Part shown: piece after piece, positions 16,398 to 30,707 of the stretch
How positions within the stretch are numbered: position 1 is the stretch's first letter
Layout: each line of letters opens with the position of its first letter
DNA from: Eledone cirrhosa
Lineage: Eukaryota
DNA: 64,000 nucleotides
Direction: 5' to 3'
Assembly (NCBI GenBank): GCA_964016885.1
Contig: OZ024742.1
Location: forward strand, 324,446,001-324,510,000
The notes under the pieces: model-generated
Seen by the model: the letters and a program-made list of their open reading frames with translations, nothing else
Databases searched by the model: none
What the model was told of the DNA's origin: nothing
Translations under genes and position numbers: made by a program

Positions 16398-16580
16398 TGT
16401 TTCTACATTTGGCACAAGGCCAGCAATTACCCAGTGCATTACTGGTACTTTATTTTATCGACCCCGTAAGGATGAAAGGCAAAGTTAACCTCGGCGGGAT
16501 TTGAACTCAGAATGGCAAGGGCCATAACTCTATACGTCAAAGCATGGCGTCCAACCCTCTACCGATACTGCCAATCCACC
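16398..16580 (-). mobile_element. Meta-like SINE, short young variant, with 18-bp TSD
   Basis: GCTTAAATATTTAATAAT at 16380-16397 and 16581-16598. Confidence 0.93.
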
Positions 16581-16605
16581 GCTTAAATATTTAATAATGT
16601 AATCG

Positions 16606-16646
<41 letters not shown>

Positions 16647-17409
16647 ATGCATATTTATATACAAATACATACACCCACCCACTCACACATGTATATATGC
16701 ACACACTTACATACATACAAACATACATACACAGAGACACACATATACCTATATATACAAGTATATATATGTGTATAAAGATATATAAATATGTTTATAT
16801 GTAAGCGCATATAGATGTATATACATTCACACTCACACATAAGTGCGTACGCACAATCACACATACATATATATGTATATACACACACTCACACACATAT
16901 ATATATAAATATATATATTTATATATACAAGTATGTATATATACAAGTATATATATATGTATAAATATAAATATGTATATATGTACCACACACATATTTA
17001 TCTGCTTGTGTGAACAAGTGTAGAATATTTTTATTTGTAAACGGTGACAACGTAATCAATATGGAAATCAATAGAAAGCAGCGCGTGTATATATTAATTT
17101 ATTAAATGTTGAAGCATTCTATATCATGACTGTGTGTTTCAGGTCGCCAAGTATTCAGACGAATAATATAGTAAAGCAGCGTGCTAGTATATAAATAAAA
17201 GTTTTTGTATCTATGTCGAGATAGAAATGGATGGTTACGTAAGTAAAAATAAAACGTGAGGAAAGTGTCATACGTAGAACAAGTGTAAGTTTTAGTTTAG
17301 ACTAACAAAAAGGTGTTCTAGTTTTTTTCTAGTAATGTACTTAAATAAACAAAGGCGACAACATGGTTTTTTGTATGCATGTATCTAAGTACAAATATAT
17401 ATATATATA

Positions 17410-17947
17410 TAAATATATTTCGTTTCTGAATTTGTTTAGCAAGATTCTTTATCTGAAATCGTGTGTTGAAACCGATATTGTTATACTTTGGGAGGGTCAT
17501 GTTGCCAATAAGAAACACACGCACCAGTTGTTTTCACTTCAATTTATTATAATAAATTTATAATAAATTTATAAATTTATAAATTTCTGTTTAGTTGGTT
17601 GGTTCCACAACCAGATAGTTGTTTATATATAGTCATAGTTCTTTCGTCACACACTCTGTGACCTCTTTTGTTATATGCGCTTACATATAACAAAATGGCG
17701 TAGGACAGAACAATGGAGAGGCACAGAAACAAAGAAAGGAATCCCCAGTCACTGAAGAGGTCACAGAGTGTGTGACGAAAGAACTATGACTATATATAAG
17801 CAACTATCTGGTTGTGGAACCAACCAACCAGAAATTTCTAAATTTCTAAATTTATTATAAATTTATTATAATAAATTAATAAATTGAAGTGAAAGCAACT
17901 GGTGCATGTGTTTCTTATTGGCAACATGACCCTCCCAAAGTATAACA

Positions 17948-17951
<4 letters not shown>
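17410..17951. mobile_element. Fold-back element family B (PLE pLTR-like)
   Basis: Arms 17475-17667 and 17755-17951 are inverted; extra tail 17410-17474; (TA)n on both flanks. Confidence 0.8.
17747..17791 (+). ncRNA. Type I hammerhead ribozyme variant (family B)
   Basis: AGTCA CTGAAGA G GTCACA GAGTG TGTGAC GAAA G AA C TA TGACT: 5-bp stem I, 6-bp stem II, CUA triplet, one extra G after the core. Confidence 0.75.
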
Positions 17952-18046
<95 letters not shown>

Positions 18047-18065
18047 TGTATATATATACACACAC

Positions 18066-18439
<374 letters not shown>

Positions 18440-18509
18440 TGTATATATATAGATATATATAGATATATATCTGTGTGTGTGTGTATGTATATGTACACAT
18501 ACAGAAAAA

Positions 18510-18839
18510 AAAAATATATATATATATGTAAAAGTTCTATTTAAATTGTTTGGATACAACAAGCAAATATTTTTATAATTGATATAAAGCACTCAACAAA
18601 TATTTGGAGTAAAAATATGATATTAACAAATGGAAACTATATTTATAAAACCATATCTATTTCATTTTACATGTTTCAAGGACACCAAGTTAAATTATGG
18701 TGTGCTTTTATCAGATAAAATATAATATAGATCTGATATAATTTATCTGATGAAAGCACACCATAATTTAACTTGGTGTCCTTGAAATATGTATAATGAA
18801 ATAAATATGGTTTTATAAATATAGCTTCCATTTGTTAAT

Positions 18840-18847
<8 letters not shown>
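18510..18847. mobile_element. Fold-back element family D with hammerhead
   Basis: Arms 18615-18719 and 18742-18847; plus arm CTGATGA AAGCACACCA..TGGTGTCCTT GAAA TATG TA; minus arm has GAAA CATG TA. Confidence 0.75.
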
Positions 18848-18897
<50 letters not shown>

Positions 18898-19799
18898 GCA
18901 AAAGGACCCATGCGAAAGAAAAAGAAGAATAGAACTCTGTGTAAAGTAAAAGAGCTAATCCATTATGATACGTACACGTAAAATTTATTACGATACCGTA
19001 GGTTTCCAGGCTTAGGCGTGAAGGGCATCTGCTCACTGTACATGACGGTGCAAAAGGACTAAATCAGACTCACGGTCTGTAGTTGTTATCAAAATGTCTG
19101 AACGAGATTCCCAAGTGAGATCGTGCGTGAAAAGTGGACATTAATCCCCCAAATATATAAATCCATTGTAAAAGGGAAGCGACTCTTCTGTGTTCTTAAA
19201 GAGCTAGTGATGCTATATGTTGTGATGTATCATACATGTTAGTGTTGTGCATTTGTTCGATCGTTTGTAAGTCTGGTCAATTTTTAGTGTAGTCAAAAGT
19301 ATGGAAAAAAGAAAAGAATAAGAATAGTGTCATTCAGTGTAAAATAAAAGTAAAAGAATGGAGGATGTAGCAATTCTGTTTGTGATGACTTGATATCCAG
19401 GTCGTATTTTACAATGATAAATGTAAGGACGTTTTGGGATGTACACACCCTTAATGACCTCATACTTTGCGTTGAGGTATTTGCTTGATGATTTCAATCA
19501 CTGTAGAGTCCTTAGTTTTTCACTAATGGAAAAAAACATCTTTTTTAATCCATGCTTGCAACCGCCTTCTTTTCCGAAAACGGAATGGTTTGGAGAGGGG
19601 AGGAACACTCGGATTTTCCCAGCCTCGGAGATTTCTTCAGTGCGAATAACAGAGGCGGGAAGGGAAGGTGTGTTCTCGGAGTTACAGATAAGCACCTCTC
19701 AGCCCTTTACATTTATAGAAAAGCAATCTCTTTATATTGAAGGATGTTTTTAAGACTTCATCATTTTGTATTGTAGTGGAAAGCGTTGTTAGCTAATTA

Positions 19800-20757
19800 A
19801 TTAAATCTTCATCAATTTCCAAATCCGCCATTGCAATGAAGAGTGGTTGTGTGAAAGAGCAAACCTTGACCCCCCCAACCTCCAACATCACAATGAATGC
19901 CATCAACAAATTTCTCACAAATGATCCCTGGAGGTAGCAAAATATATAAATCTATTGGCAAAGTTGTCGACAAGGACGATGCTATTCATTATCTTGTTGA
20001 ATTTCTCAACAATCTGGAACTGTCTGGTATGCTGCCACACAACCTTGAATTGAAGAAGGGCACAGTCACCATGTTTCTCAGAAACCTTGGTCAGACAAGA
20101 TTGTGCAGTGGGTCGCGCATGGTTGCGACTGAACTACAGCCTCACATTATCGAGGCCAAAAGCCTCACTGGATGTGGTAAGGGAAACATCGCATTTATAC
20201 CTAGAATGCCGATAATACCAAACACATGTCCCCTTTCGTTTCAAACAATTGCAATTCCCAGTGAAAGTCAATCACGCAATGGTCATTAACAAGTTTCAAG
20301 GTCAAACCCTACAATTTGTCGGTCTTCATCTAGAAGAGGGCTGTTTCTCACATGGTCAATTTGCATGTAGGTTATTCCAGACCAGGAAACTCTTCATATA
20401 TGCGCCAAAGAAAAAAGTTCTATAAATGTTTTATAATTTTGGTAGAATTCATTTTTCTTTTATTTACTTTATTACTGTCTTATTTATTAGGTTGAGTAAT
20501 AATTCACGAGCGTTTTTTTGCCTAAGTGTTTTGGTCTGCGTATTTAAAAAAAAAACAAAAAAAAAACGTTCATGAATTATTAGTCAAACTAATAGTTATT
20601 CTAAATAATTTTTAAAAATTATGTTATACAATATTTAAATACTTTTTAACATCTTTTATTATAAGGAAAACGAACATTACGATAGATGACAATAGGTGCC
20701 TTATGAATAGATTTGTGCAGAGTACAGATCTGGGCGAAGGCTGAGAGGTCGCTAATA
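19800..20757 (+). mobile_element. Helitron remnant: PIF1-type helicase C-terminus, 3' region and degenerate terminal hairpin
   Basis: EFLNNLELSGMLPHNLELKKG..MFLRNL...RLCSGSR..IIEA..LTGCGKG...FIPRMPIIP, then frameshift to LQFPVK..AMVINKFQGQTL..VGLHLEE..FSHGQ; GGGCGAAGGC..GCTAAT resembles a decayed hairpin+CTAG end. Confidence 0.88.
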
Positions 20758-20772
20758 TATATATGCGCCTTT

Positions 20773-20843
<71 letters not shown>

Positions 20844-21117
20844 GGAAGCATCTTAGCTACCATTAGACATATATATATATATAATTTTTGAAGCTTGTTT
20901 CTTCCCCCTACGGTTAGCTATACTCTTTGTTGTTCTCCTGTCTCACTCGCTTTACGCGTTTTAATTGTCCTAATAACTTATTTTAGTTATTATTGCACCG
21001 ACGTGAGATATATGATTTTTAATGCAATGAAATATCTATGATCTTCGGCAAATCACTGATGAGGGACTTATTTTATTACATGTTATCCATGTGCTACCTG
21101 CAGTATTTTTCTCTATA

Positions 21118-21163
<46 letters not shown>

Positions 21164-21219
21164 TAATGGTAGCTAAGATGCTTCCATAGGCGGTATGCCG
21201 GTTGAGCACTCTATACTCC

Positions 21220-21302
<83 letters not shown>

Positions 21303-22703
21303 CAAGGGCGCAGACGATTAAAACGTAAGAGTAAACGAAAAGGCAAAGTGAAAAGAAGAAGAAACCTGGTTGACAAAATATATGCACCACACATGAACAA
21401 TGTGTGTACAGTGAAACTTTCCCAATACTTCTTAAGTCAACCGTTGTTTATACATCTAGTCATCAGCTTCTATAAGGACGGATTTAGCGGCCAGTGGTTC
21501 TTTCGTATACTGGTTATCGTACTCAGCTGGTGTCAGAGAGATGCAGGTTTCGATTCCTCGCAGCCACCTCTGTTCATTTCCATCCATCAGGGGCACCCAA
21601 CTATTCATTACAGTGTTCATCGCCCACATTACAAATATTTTCCCCAATGCTCTTTAAGTAAACCATTATCTACATACACACACACAGACAAACATACGCA
21701 CACACACACACGCACAACTCAAACATACACAGACACACACACACATACACATATATATATGTATATATATATATACGCCTATGAGCGAGTATGTGTGTGG
21801 GATAGATATATGTGTGTATGGGCGTGTGCGAGTGTATGTGTATGTATGTGCATGTGTATGTGTGCATTTGTGCGCGCGCGCATGTTTCTGTGAGTGTGTG
21901 TGTGGGGGGGGGATGTGCCCTGTGTATAAGAAGAAAACGGTATATTCAGTACTGGAATGGTTTCGATCATAGGTTAGATCCGGACTAACCAGAGGCTAAT
22001 GAATGACAGCAATAACAACAGAAACAATACTTTGAATGATATAACGTCAGTTACGTCTGTTCAAATTTAGCAAATTAATGAAATTTATAAATAAATAATA
22101 GAAATTACAACTTTCGAGATATAAACTATATAAATTTATGTCCTCCCATTATTTTTCATTTTCTCTACTTTGCTCCTTTAAATCTCTGTCGATATCTCAT
22201 TAGCCTTCAACTGTCGTCGTTATTGACGAAAATATTGATTTGCTTCCGAAAATATTTGTGTTTAAGTAAGGAGTGACACAAGCCTGAAAATTGCACTGAC
22301 CTTAGAAAGAAGGATCACGTTGTATGATCATCTAATTCTATATAAAATATGTTCAACAGAAAACACCCCAAATTACGTCATCATTGGCTAAAAGATTTGA
22401 AACACGCCTTCTTATATAACAACTGCTTTGACCTTGGTACAATGTCGAAAGAAGACTTTCAAGCATCCATTTTCTTTCTCAGTTATGTCATTTTCTAATT
22501 AAGATAATTCTTTAATTGAGAATATAATTCTTCACAAATATTTTCCTTTACATTCCTTCCTTCGTTAAAGCAGTACGGAGTACGATATATTTTCCCAAAT
22601 GAGAATAATTAGTTAATTAAAGAGCCGATATTCCATCTCTCTATCGTAATTATTTGCCAATTCGGAACAATTCCGAATAACCTGATTTTAAGGGCGACGA
22701 GGT

Positions 22704-22806
<103 letters not shown>

Positions 22807-22855
22807 GCTAACATAGCTACGACACTCTTTCTCTCTCTGCGTCCTCTCACTTTCT

Positions 22856-24650
22856 CTACCTACCTACCTACCTACCTACCTACCTACCTACCTACCTACC
22901 TACCTACCTACCTACCTACCTACCTACCTACCTATCTACTTACCTACCTATCTATCTACCCGCCTACCTATCTACCTACCAACCACCTACCTACCTACCT
23001 ACCTCCCTATCTACCTACCTCTCCCTACTTACCTACCCCCCTCTCTACCTACCTCCCTACCTAACAACCTACCTCCTAACCTATCTGCTTGTCTACCTAC
23101 GTACCTACCTACCTACCTCCCTACCTATCTAATTACCTCTATACCCCCCTCCTCCCTACCTACCTCCCTACCTACCTACCTTCCTACCTACCTACCTCCC
23201 TACCTACCTCCCTACCTACCTCCCTACCTATCTACCAACCTATCTACTTACCTCTATACCTCCCTCCCTCCCCCTACTACCCTACCTACCTCCCTACCTA
23301 CCTACCTACCTCCCTCCCTACCTACCTACCTTCCTTCCTACCTACCTACCTACCTACCTACCTACCTACCTACCTACATACCTATCCACCAACCTATCTA
23401 CTTACCTCTATACCTACCTCCGCCCTCACCCTACCTACCTACCTACCTACCTATCTACCAACCTATCTACTTACCTCTATACCTACCTCCCTCCTTCCCT
23501 CCCTCCCCCTACCTACCTACCTACCTACATACCTACCTACATACCTATCCACCAACCTATCTACTTACCTCTATACCTACCTCCCTCCTTCCCTCCCTCC
23601 CCCTACCTACCTACCTACCTACCTACCTACCTATCTACCAACCTATCTACTTACCTCTATGCCTCCCCCCTCCCTCCCCCCTACCTCCCTACCTACCTAC
23701 CAACCTATCTACCTACCTCTATACCTACCTCCCTCCCTCCCCCTACCTACCTACCTACCTACCTACCTACCTACCTACCTACCTACCTACCTACCTACCA
23801 ACCTATCTACTTACCTCTATACCTCCCCCCTCCCTCCCCCCTACCCCCCTACCTACCTACCAACCTATCTACCTACCTCTATACCTACCTCCCTCCCTCC
23901 CCCTACCTACCTACCTACCTCCCTACCTACCTACCAACCTATCTACCTACCTCTATACCTCCCTACCTACCTACCTACCAACCTATCTACCTACCTCTAT
24001 ACCTACCTCCCTCCCTCCCCCTACCTACCTACCTACCTACCTACCTACCTACCTATCTACCAACCTATCTACTTACCTCTATGCCTCCCCCCTCCCTCCC
24101 CCCTACCTCCCTACCTACCTACCAACCTATCTACCTACCTCAATACCTACCTCCCTCCCTCCCCCTACCTACCTACCTACCTACCTACCTACCAACCTAT
24201 CTACTTACCTCTATACCTCCCCCCTCCCTCCCCCCTCCCTCCCTACCTACCTACCAACCTATCTACCTACCTCTATACCTACCTCCCTCCCTCCCCCTAC
24301 CTACCTACCTACCTCCCTACCTACCTACCAACCTATCTACCTACCTCTATACCTCCCTACCTACCTACCTACCAACCTATCTACCTACCTCTATACCTAC
24401 CTCCCTCCCTCCCCCTACCTACCTACCTACCTCCCTACCTACCTACCAACCTATCTACCTACCTCTATACCTACCTCCCTCCCTCCCCCTACCTACCTAC
24501 CTACCTACCTACCTACCTACCTACCTACCTACCTACCTACCTACCTACCAACCTATCTACCTACCTCCCTCCCTCCCCCTACCTCCCCCCTACCTCCCTA
24601 CCTACCTACCAACCTATCTACCTACCTCTATACCTCCCTCCCTACCTAGC
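22856..24650. repeat. Complex (CTAC)n-derived satellite with higher-order units
   Basis: Recurring CCAACCTATCTACYTACCTCTATACC and CCTCCCTCCCCCTAC modules; plus strand almost G-free. Confidence 0.95.
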
Positions 24651-24940
24651 TACTGAGCTGCTTATATTTCTAACTAAATATCTAACCTATACTGTATACA
24701 TATGTATATCTCTGTGCCTTCATACACTTTACATGTTATGTCCACTATTTCTTACGATGTCTTTCATTCACTAGAGACTTTTCTTGCAACCCCGATTTAT
24801 TGATATTTGTGTGTATCTTTTTGTTGACGTCTATTGTGAATTACTCAAGATTGATTGCTATGAACCAAGATATATTCTATTGAGTAGATGTGTGTCTTAA
24901 TGTCCATATATACAGACATTTACATTAATATCACATATAT

Positions 24941-25019
<79 letters not shown>

Positions 25020-25034
25020 TGTATATATATATAT

Positions 25035-25641
25035 ATGGTGGCTGCCAACTCGTTTTCGAGTACGGCCACTACTTTATATCCATGTAGGAGAACCCCTACG
25101 GATGCGCTGAACGAGTGTGACTTTTTAGTCCAGCCAGCGACTTGAAAACTCTGGTACAAACACTACACTTGTGACAATTATTGTCACATAGTGTTGGGCC
25201 CATGGCACCATGTGATGACAAGTGCAGAGAGATCTCCAGATATAAAGCAATGCCTGTGCCGTGAAGCTTTTATAGTGAGCAAAGGCACTGCACAAAGCCA
25301 GTCCCACTCTCTTAACCAAGATGATATTTACCAAAAAGAAGAACAAGTCAACATCATTGGATACCATCAGGGTTGCAGGTGTTATATCAGAGTTTTCCTT
25401 CTAGAATTCTCCCTTGACAAAGGCTAAGGGGTCATCTCTCTCGGTGATTTTGGATGGCCATTGACTCTTAAGAGCTCCTTTGCCCTTTGACAGGTTTTGT
25501 TTTTAGTCCTGCAGGATGTCCAAAGTCACCCTCCTCACCAAGAAACCTTGGTGGGGTTGCCAGTTTAGTCGCCAACGACCCGACCATGGGACAGATTGTA
25601 CTGGGATACATGTTACCAGTAGCACCAACTGGTGACCTGAC
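25035..25641 (-). mobile_element. ~610-bp RTE-like non-autonomous repeat (copy 2)
   Basis: Same ends and near-identical sequence to 10993-11605. Confidence 0.7.
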
Positions 25642-25658
25642 ATACATACATACATACA

Positions 25659-25693
<35 letters not shown>

Positions 25694-25695
25694 GT

Positions 25696-25729
<34 letters not shown>

Positions 25730-25734
25730 GTATA

Positions 25735-25807
<73 letters not shown>

Positions 25808-27186
25808 GTATATATATGTATATATATATATATATATATGTATATTGTTTCCATGCAGCAATCTGTGAAAAAGAATATAGGTAATTTTTAATATATGTGT
25901 TTATTGATATGCTCGTATCATGCCATTGCTTTCCATTCATTTATTATGATTGCTACAATATTCAATATTTCGTATAAGTGTGTTATCTGGTCATTACTTC
26001 TAGCGTATATAGATAGAATGTTATACAGAAAGCCATAAAATGATCACTTGATTTCTAAGCTCTATTATAAATGACATAAGCTCTGGGGAGAAATGAGATT
26101 TACAAAATAAATGAAATTCGTTTCGAAAATTCTGATAAAATCATACCGGAGGTATTGCTTTAGAATTCATAGAAAATCGCTGCTGGTTTTCTCTGTATAT
26201 GTAACTATGTTTATCCATATGAATTAAAGTTGGTACGATTCCCATTTATATTTCAAGAAAATAATAAGTATTTGTACAATCATGACACTTTATTATTGTA
26301 AAATATATTCTAGTTGTAATTTGGTTACATACAGTGTGTTATAATTTGGTTATAACATGAAATGTGCTACGTAATATCAGTTAACTTAGCTTCATTTTAT
26401 ACCCCAATAAATTACACGTTTAGCATGATGAGCATCGATAAATATTTTATAGACATACACACATCATCATGTGTGTATGTCTATATAAAGGATTGACATA
26501 TACACAATATCACCGGTTTAATAATAAAAGGGCTCAAGTTACACGGAGGATCGGTGCCTGGTTATTTAACACCCTAAGATAACCCGACAATGTGTGACCC
26601 CTTCTCACAGTTATATAAACTATTCTCCCAAATAAAATAATTTCAATATACAGATTGGTGACCTGAAGAACCTAGTCTTTGATATTTCTTGCTCTGACAA
26701 ATCCAAGCCTGGGTTTCCTGCTACACAATCCACTCTTCCACGCCAAATCATGTTTCAAGTCACAACATCACATGACCCTTTCCATCGCATTGGATATTCC
26801 CACAGAGCTGCTACGCGCAATAATTGTTCAGTGATGTATTCTTTGAAAGTATTATGTTTAATTTTATTGTACTAAGCGGCTAATTTAGGAAGCATTGGGA
26901 AACTTCAGGAATCAAACCTTGCCTATGTCGGATGCTGGGAGAGTGGTATAACTACTTCGTTAAAAAACCGCAAGCCACAAATTTCCATTCCGTCAGGAAT
27001 CATGATATGAGAACCAGTACAACTCTTGTGAAAAAGTCTGGCATCTAAAGAAGAAAGGAGTTCCACATAAGATCTCTTGGAAGATACTTGAAAGATCCAG
27101 TGTAAAAGTGTTTTAGGTCGTTGGAGATGTACAATATATATATATATATATATATAGTGGTTACCTCCGATTCAACCCGGAATAAC

Positions 27187-27254
<68 letters not shown>

Positions 27255-27379
27255 CCAAAGATTAATATGGGTCGTTGATTATTCAACGAATACAATTTTA
27301 CAATAGATTAGAAGCACTCGACCAGAAATTTTCCTGGAGTATTTAATATTATTCAAAATATATTGAATATTTTGAATAT

Positions 27380-27454
27380 TACCCACTCTACTACCCTAAG
27401 TATTGAGTACTTTGGTGCGGTATGGTCCACCTGGTTCTTTACCACATTTCCTTC

Positions 27455-27458
<4 letters not shown>
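27380..27458 (+). mobile_element. Family C 3' tail copy abutting (TA)n
   Basis: Near-identical to 18300-18378. Confidence 0.8.
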
Positions 27459-27532
<74 letters not shown>

Positions 27533-27639
27533 CATGTATACACATATATATATATACATATACGCGCATATATAAACATATACATATACACATATATATG
27601 TATATATACATACATACATACATACATACACGTGACTGC

Positions 27640-27676
27640 TATTTAATACCCGAGCAACGCCGGGGACCTCTACTAG
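27640..27676 (+). mobile_element. Isolated Helitron 3' terminus
   Basis: CCCGAGCAACGCCGGG hairpin followed ~10 nt later by CTAG and then T. Confidence 0.65.
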
Positions 27677-28078
27677 TTATACAATAAATATGTCAATATG
27701 TGGGCAATTGTTACACAAGTGACCTCCCGATTTTAAAGCAGTTTTTGTTTGCATATTTCTGACCTCTCATTTGTACAAATTTCAAAATTGATTCATTGAA
27801 ATAAGATCTGCCTATTTCCAGGATGTTTGTGAGATTTATACAGGCATCTTTAAGGAAAAATTCAAGCAAATATTTTGCAACCGTAAAACGTTCTTAAGAT
27901 ATACACACAAGCAGTATTCTGCAATAGCTGTAAGCCACATATAAATATTTAAAAACAAAACACAAAAAATGAGTGTTTGCATCTTATTTATGGTGCTTAT
28001 GAGTGTCGCATATTATATGCCAGACATTAACCAGTGGAATGGTCTGAAACATCAGCACTTTTGTCTGGGAGTATCATA

Positions 28079-28293
28079 ATATGATTTCTAGTATAGGCAC
28101 AAGGCCAGCAATTTGAGGGGAGGGGAAGTCGACTAAATCGACTCCAGTACGTTACTGGTGCTTTATTTTATCGACCCCGTGAAGATGAAAGGCAAAGTTA
28201 ACCTTGGCGGGATTTGAACTTAGACCGTAAAGGGCCGTAACTCTATGCTGCAAAGCATGGCGTCCGAATCGCTACCGATACTGCCAATCCACC
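28079..28293 (-). mobile_element. Meta-like SINE, long variant, with 16-bp TSD
   Basis: GTCTGGGAGTATCATA at 28063-28078 and 28294-28309. Confidence 0.93.
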
Positions 28294-30524
28294 GTCTGGG
28301 AGTATCATATGTAGATTGATATCTGACTGCTTTGGGGATTGAATCTTGAAGTGTCTTGGAATATATCATGATCACTAAAATAATGTACGAGTAATATAAT
28401 TGACTTAATAATATGTATGTTTCACAGACACACACTCACGTTTGACTCTTTCTAATAATGTAGATATTTTCACATGATACCACAACTACTAAACCAGATA
28501 ACGAGGTACGATGCCCATTACACTTCAATCTTCCCCAGTTTGTTATTATACATGTCGATCTTGTTTAATTCGAACGCATGTAAATAAATGCAGTCATTTT
28601 AACTGCTACAGACAGAAGCCAAAACAAAGTTCACAAATGGTTTCAAATGGTATAAATCCGACGCCCAACATCCCCAACTGGTCCTCAGGGTCTTTTACCC
28701 GGTATCCAGTCTGTTGGACAACTCTCCTGTTGTAGTATAACTTTCATCAGCTAATCTGGAATAAGAAATAAAAAAAAAATATTATATAGATATATACATG
28801 AATAGCGTTGGCAACATTTAATAAGTTAGCGGAACCACCAGAAGTGTACCTTGCAATTTATTTTTACGTGCAGAGAATAATTGTCTTTATTCACAATTAA
28901 TTTTACGAAATTTATTATATGGAATGTTGCTCGGCATAAACCTCAATTAGGTTCTTGTACCCTCATTGTTTACTTCGTACACACGAATTATATAAACAGC
29001 ATTGTTTTCTTCATTCATATAACAATTCTGTAACGTAGCAATTGAGTGTCTTCAGTTTCATTGAATAATGTTATTCACTTTTGGCATTCACGCACGATAG
29101 AAATGTATTTATAACGTATAGCTTCGTCACTTTCTTCTCTTCATCAAGATGGCTATTACCCGGAATAGCTTCTCATATATCACTCGATTGAGCGTCTATT
29201 ACATTTTGGATACAATTCTCTTAAAGCATTCCTACTGAGATTTAGAAGACGTTTTCTTTATTTTAATCGTAATACGAACCTTTGAGATCCGAGGTATTTT
29301 ACATTAAGTTATATATTACAGGCTAACCACATTATTAAATCATATATAACGGAGCTATTGATTGGGTATTAGATTTTCCGAGAATATTTACACAAGGATT
29401 CTTGATGTTGTTTCTCAGTAAATATCAAGAGGCTGAGTACTTTATTGTGCTTTATAGCACGATCTGTTTTATGGTAATAGATTTTCAGTACAAATAATCC
29501 TTTCCGATTATTTTTGGTGGCATTAAATCAGCTTCTTAGTGTAGTTACGAGCATTTTAAACAAAATGGTTGTCATCACAGTGAAAGATAATGTTTTCCTT
29601 GCATAATTGGCATTTCTACAGGACTTCCTACTGTCTGATTACTCACTCTTTTAGTAGCACACACATACACGTGCGAGCACAAACACACAGAAACAGACAC
29701 ACACACACTCACACACCTAAGTAGCTAATTCTTTTCGAATCGCAAAGTGTCACTTACCCATTGCTCAAATCTAGTTTATTGCAGATGAGATATAAAAATG
29801 TCCGTAATCAGATCTCGGGTTGTTACAGATACCTTATTACTGGAGGAATTGAATATTTCTATACAAGCTAACAACATAGAAATATACCATCAGCGGTTCC
29901 TGCATACAAATAAGTGGATTGGATAATGACTCATATTGCTAGTATTGTGGACTCGGTCGTGATGATGCTGACACTGAGCAAATCACCAACGTTCGACTTT
30001 AGAAAGTAGCTACCCTATCCAGTCAAAAGACACGGAATGTGCAGATTGAATCAGAAAGGAATTATGTTCATAAACACAGCATGGTCTCGAAGGCCGGCCA
30101 GACTGACTGATGCTGGCTGAGGTTTAACGTGAACGTTTGTATGTCGCTTCAATGTTTGCAGGAAAAAATACAATAAAAACGTAAATGGAAAAATAGAATT
30201 CCAGAGGAATGATGTTTTAGCGAGGAAGGAATGGCATAATTAATTAGTGTACTGATTAAGGTGGGAGGAAGAGACACGATATCGATAATTACCAGTAGAG
30301 GAATGAAACCGGGTGAGTTGGCTGGGTGTAGGTAGCTGTAAGAATCAGTGGTAGGCTGGTGTAATGGAGGTAAAAAATCAGGTTGAGAAAACTGCATCTG
30401 TATGGTAGATGTTGAATTATGTCAATGATTAATCATTGCCAGTAATTCACTCTATTTTGAATGCAATCTCAGATATTCGTGTGTGTGCAGCAAAAAGAGA
30501 AACATCGCGTATGTTAGAGTAGTA

Positions 30525-30707
30525 CAGGGTGGGCCAAATTTTATTAATAACACATTACAAATTAACTCAAAACTAATTTTTCTTGGAGGGTGTATTTTTC
30601 CATAATTAGATCTTGTTTTTATTCAACTTTAATCCGAAAGAAAAAAAAGATTAATAATAAAAAAGTTTGAATTTTCTTTAATAAAAAGTGACTTTTGGCC
30701 CACTCTG
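30525..30707. mobile_element. Tc1/mariner-type MITE
   Basis: TA|CAGGGTGGGCCAAA ... TTTGGCCCACTCTG|TA terminal inverted repeats with TA target duplication. Confidence 0.8.

Noticed and set aside
19439-19753. Overlapping ORFs upstream of the Helitron helicase
   Set aside because: No reliable protein motif; probably non-coding transposon sequence.
21050-21100. CACTGATGAGGGA as a hammerhead
   Set aside because: No downstream GAAA or stem III.
23089-24774. 561-aa Pro/Thr/Tyr/Leu ORF resembling an extensin or adhesive protein
   Set aside because: It arises from a nearly G-free (CTAC)n satellite that rarely forms stops; overlapping frames are also open and there is no signal peptide or domain.
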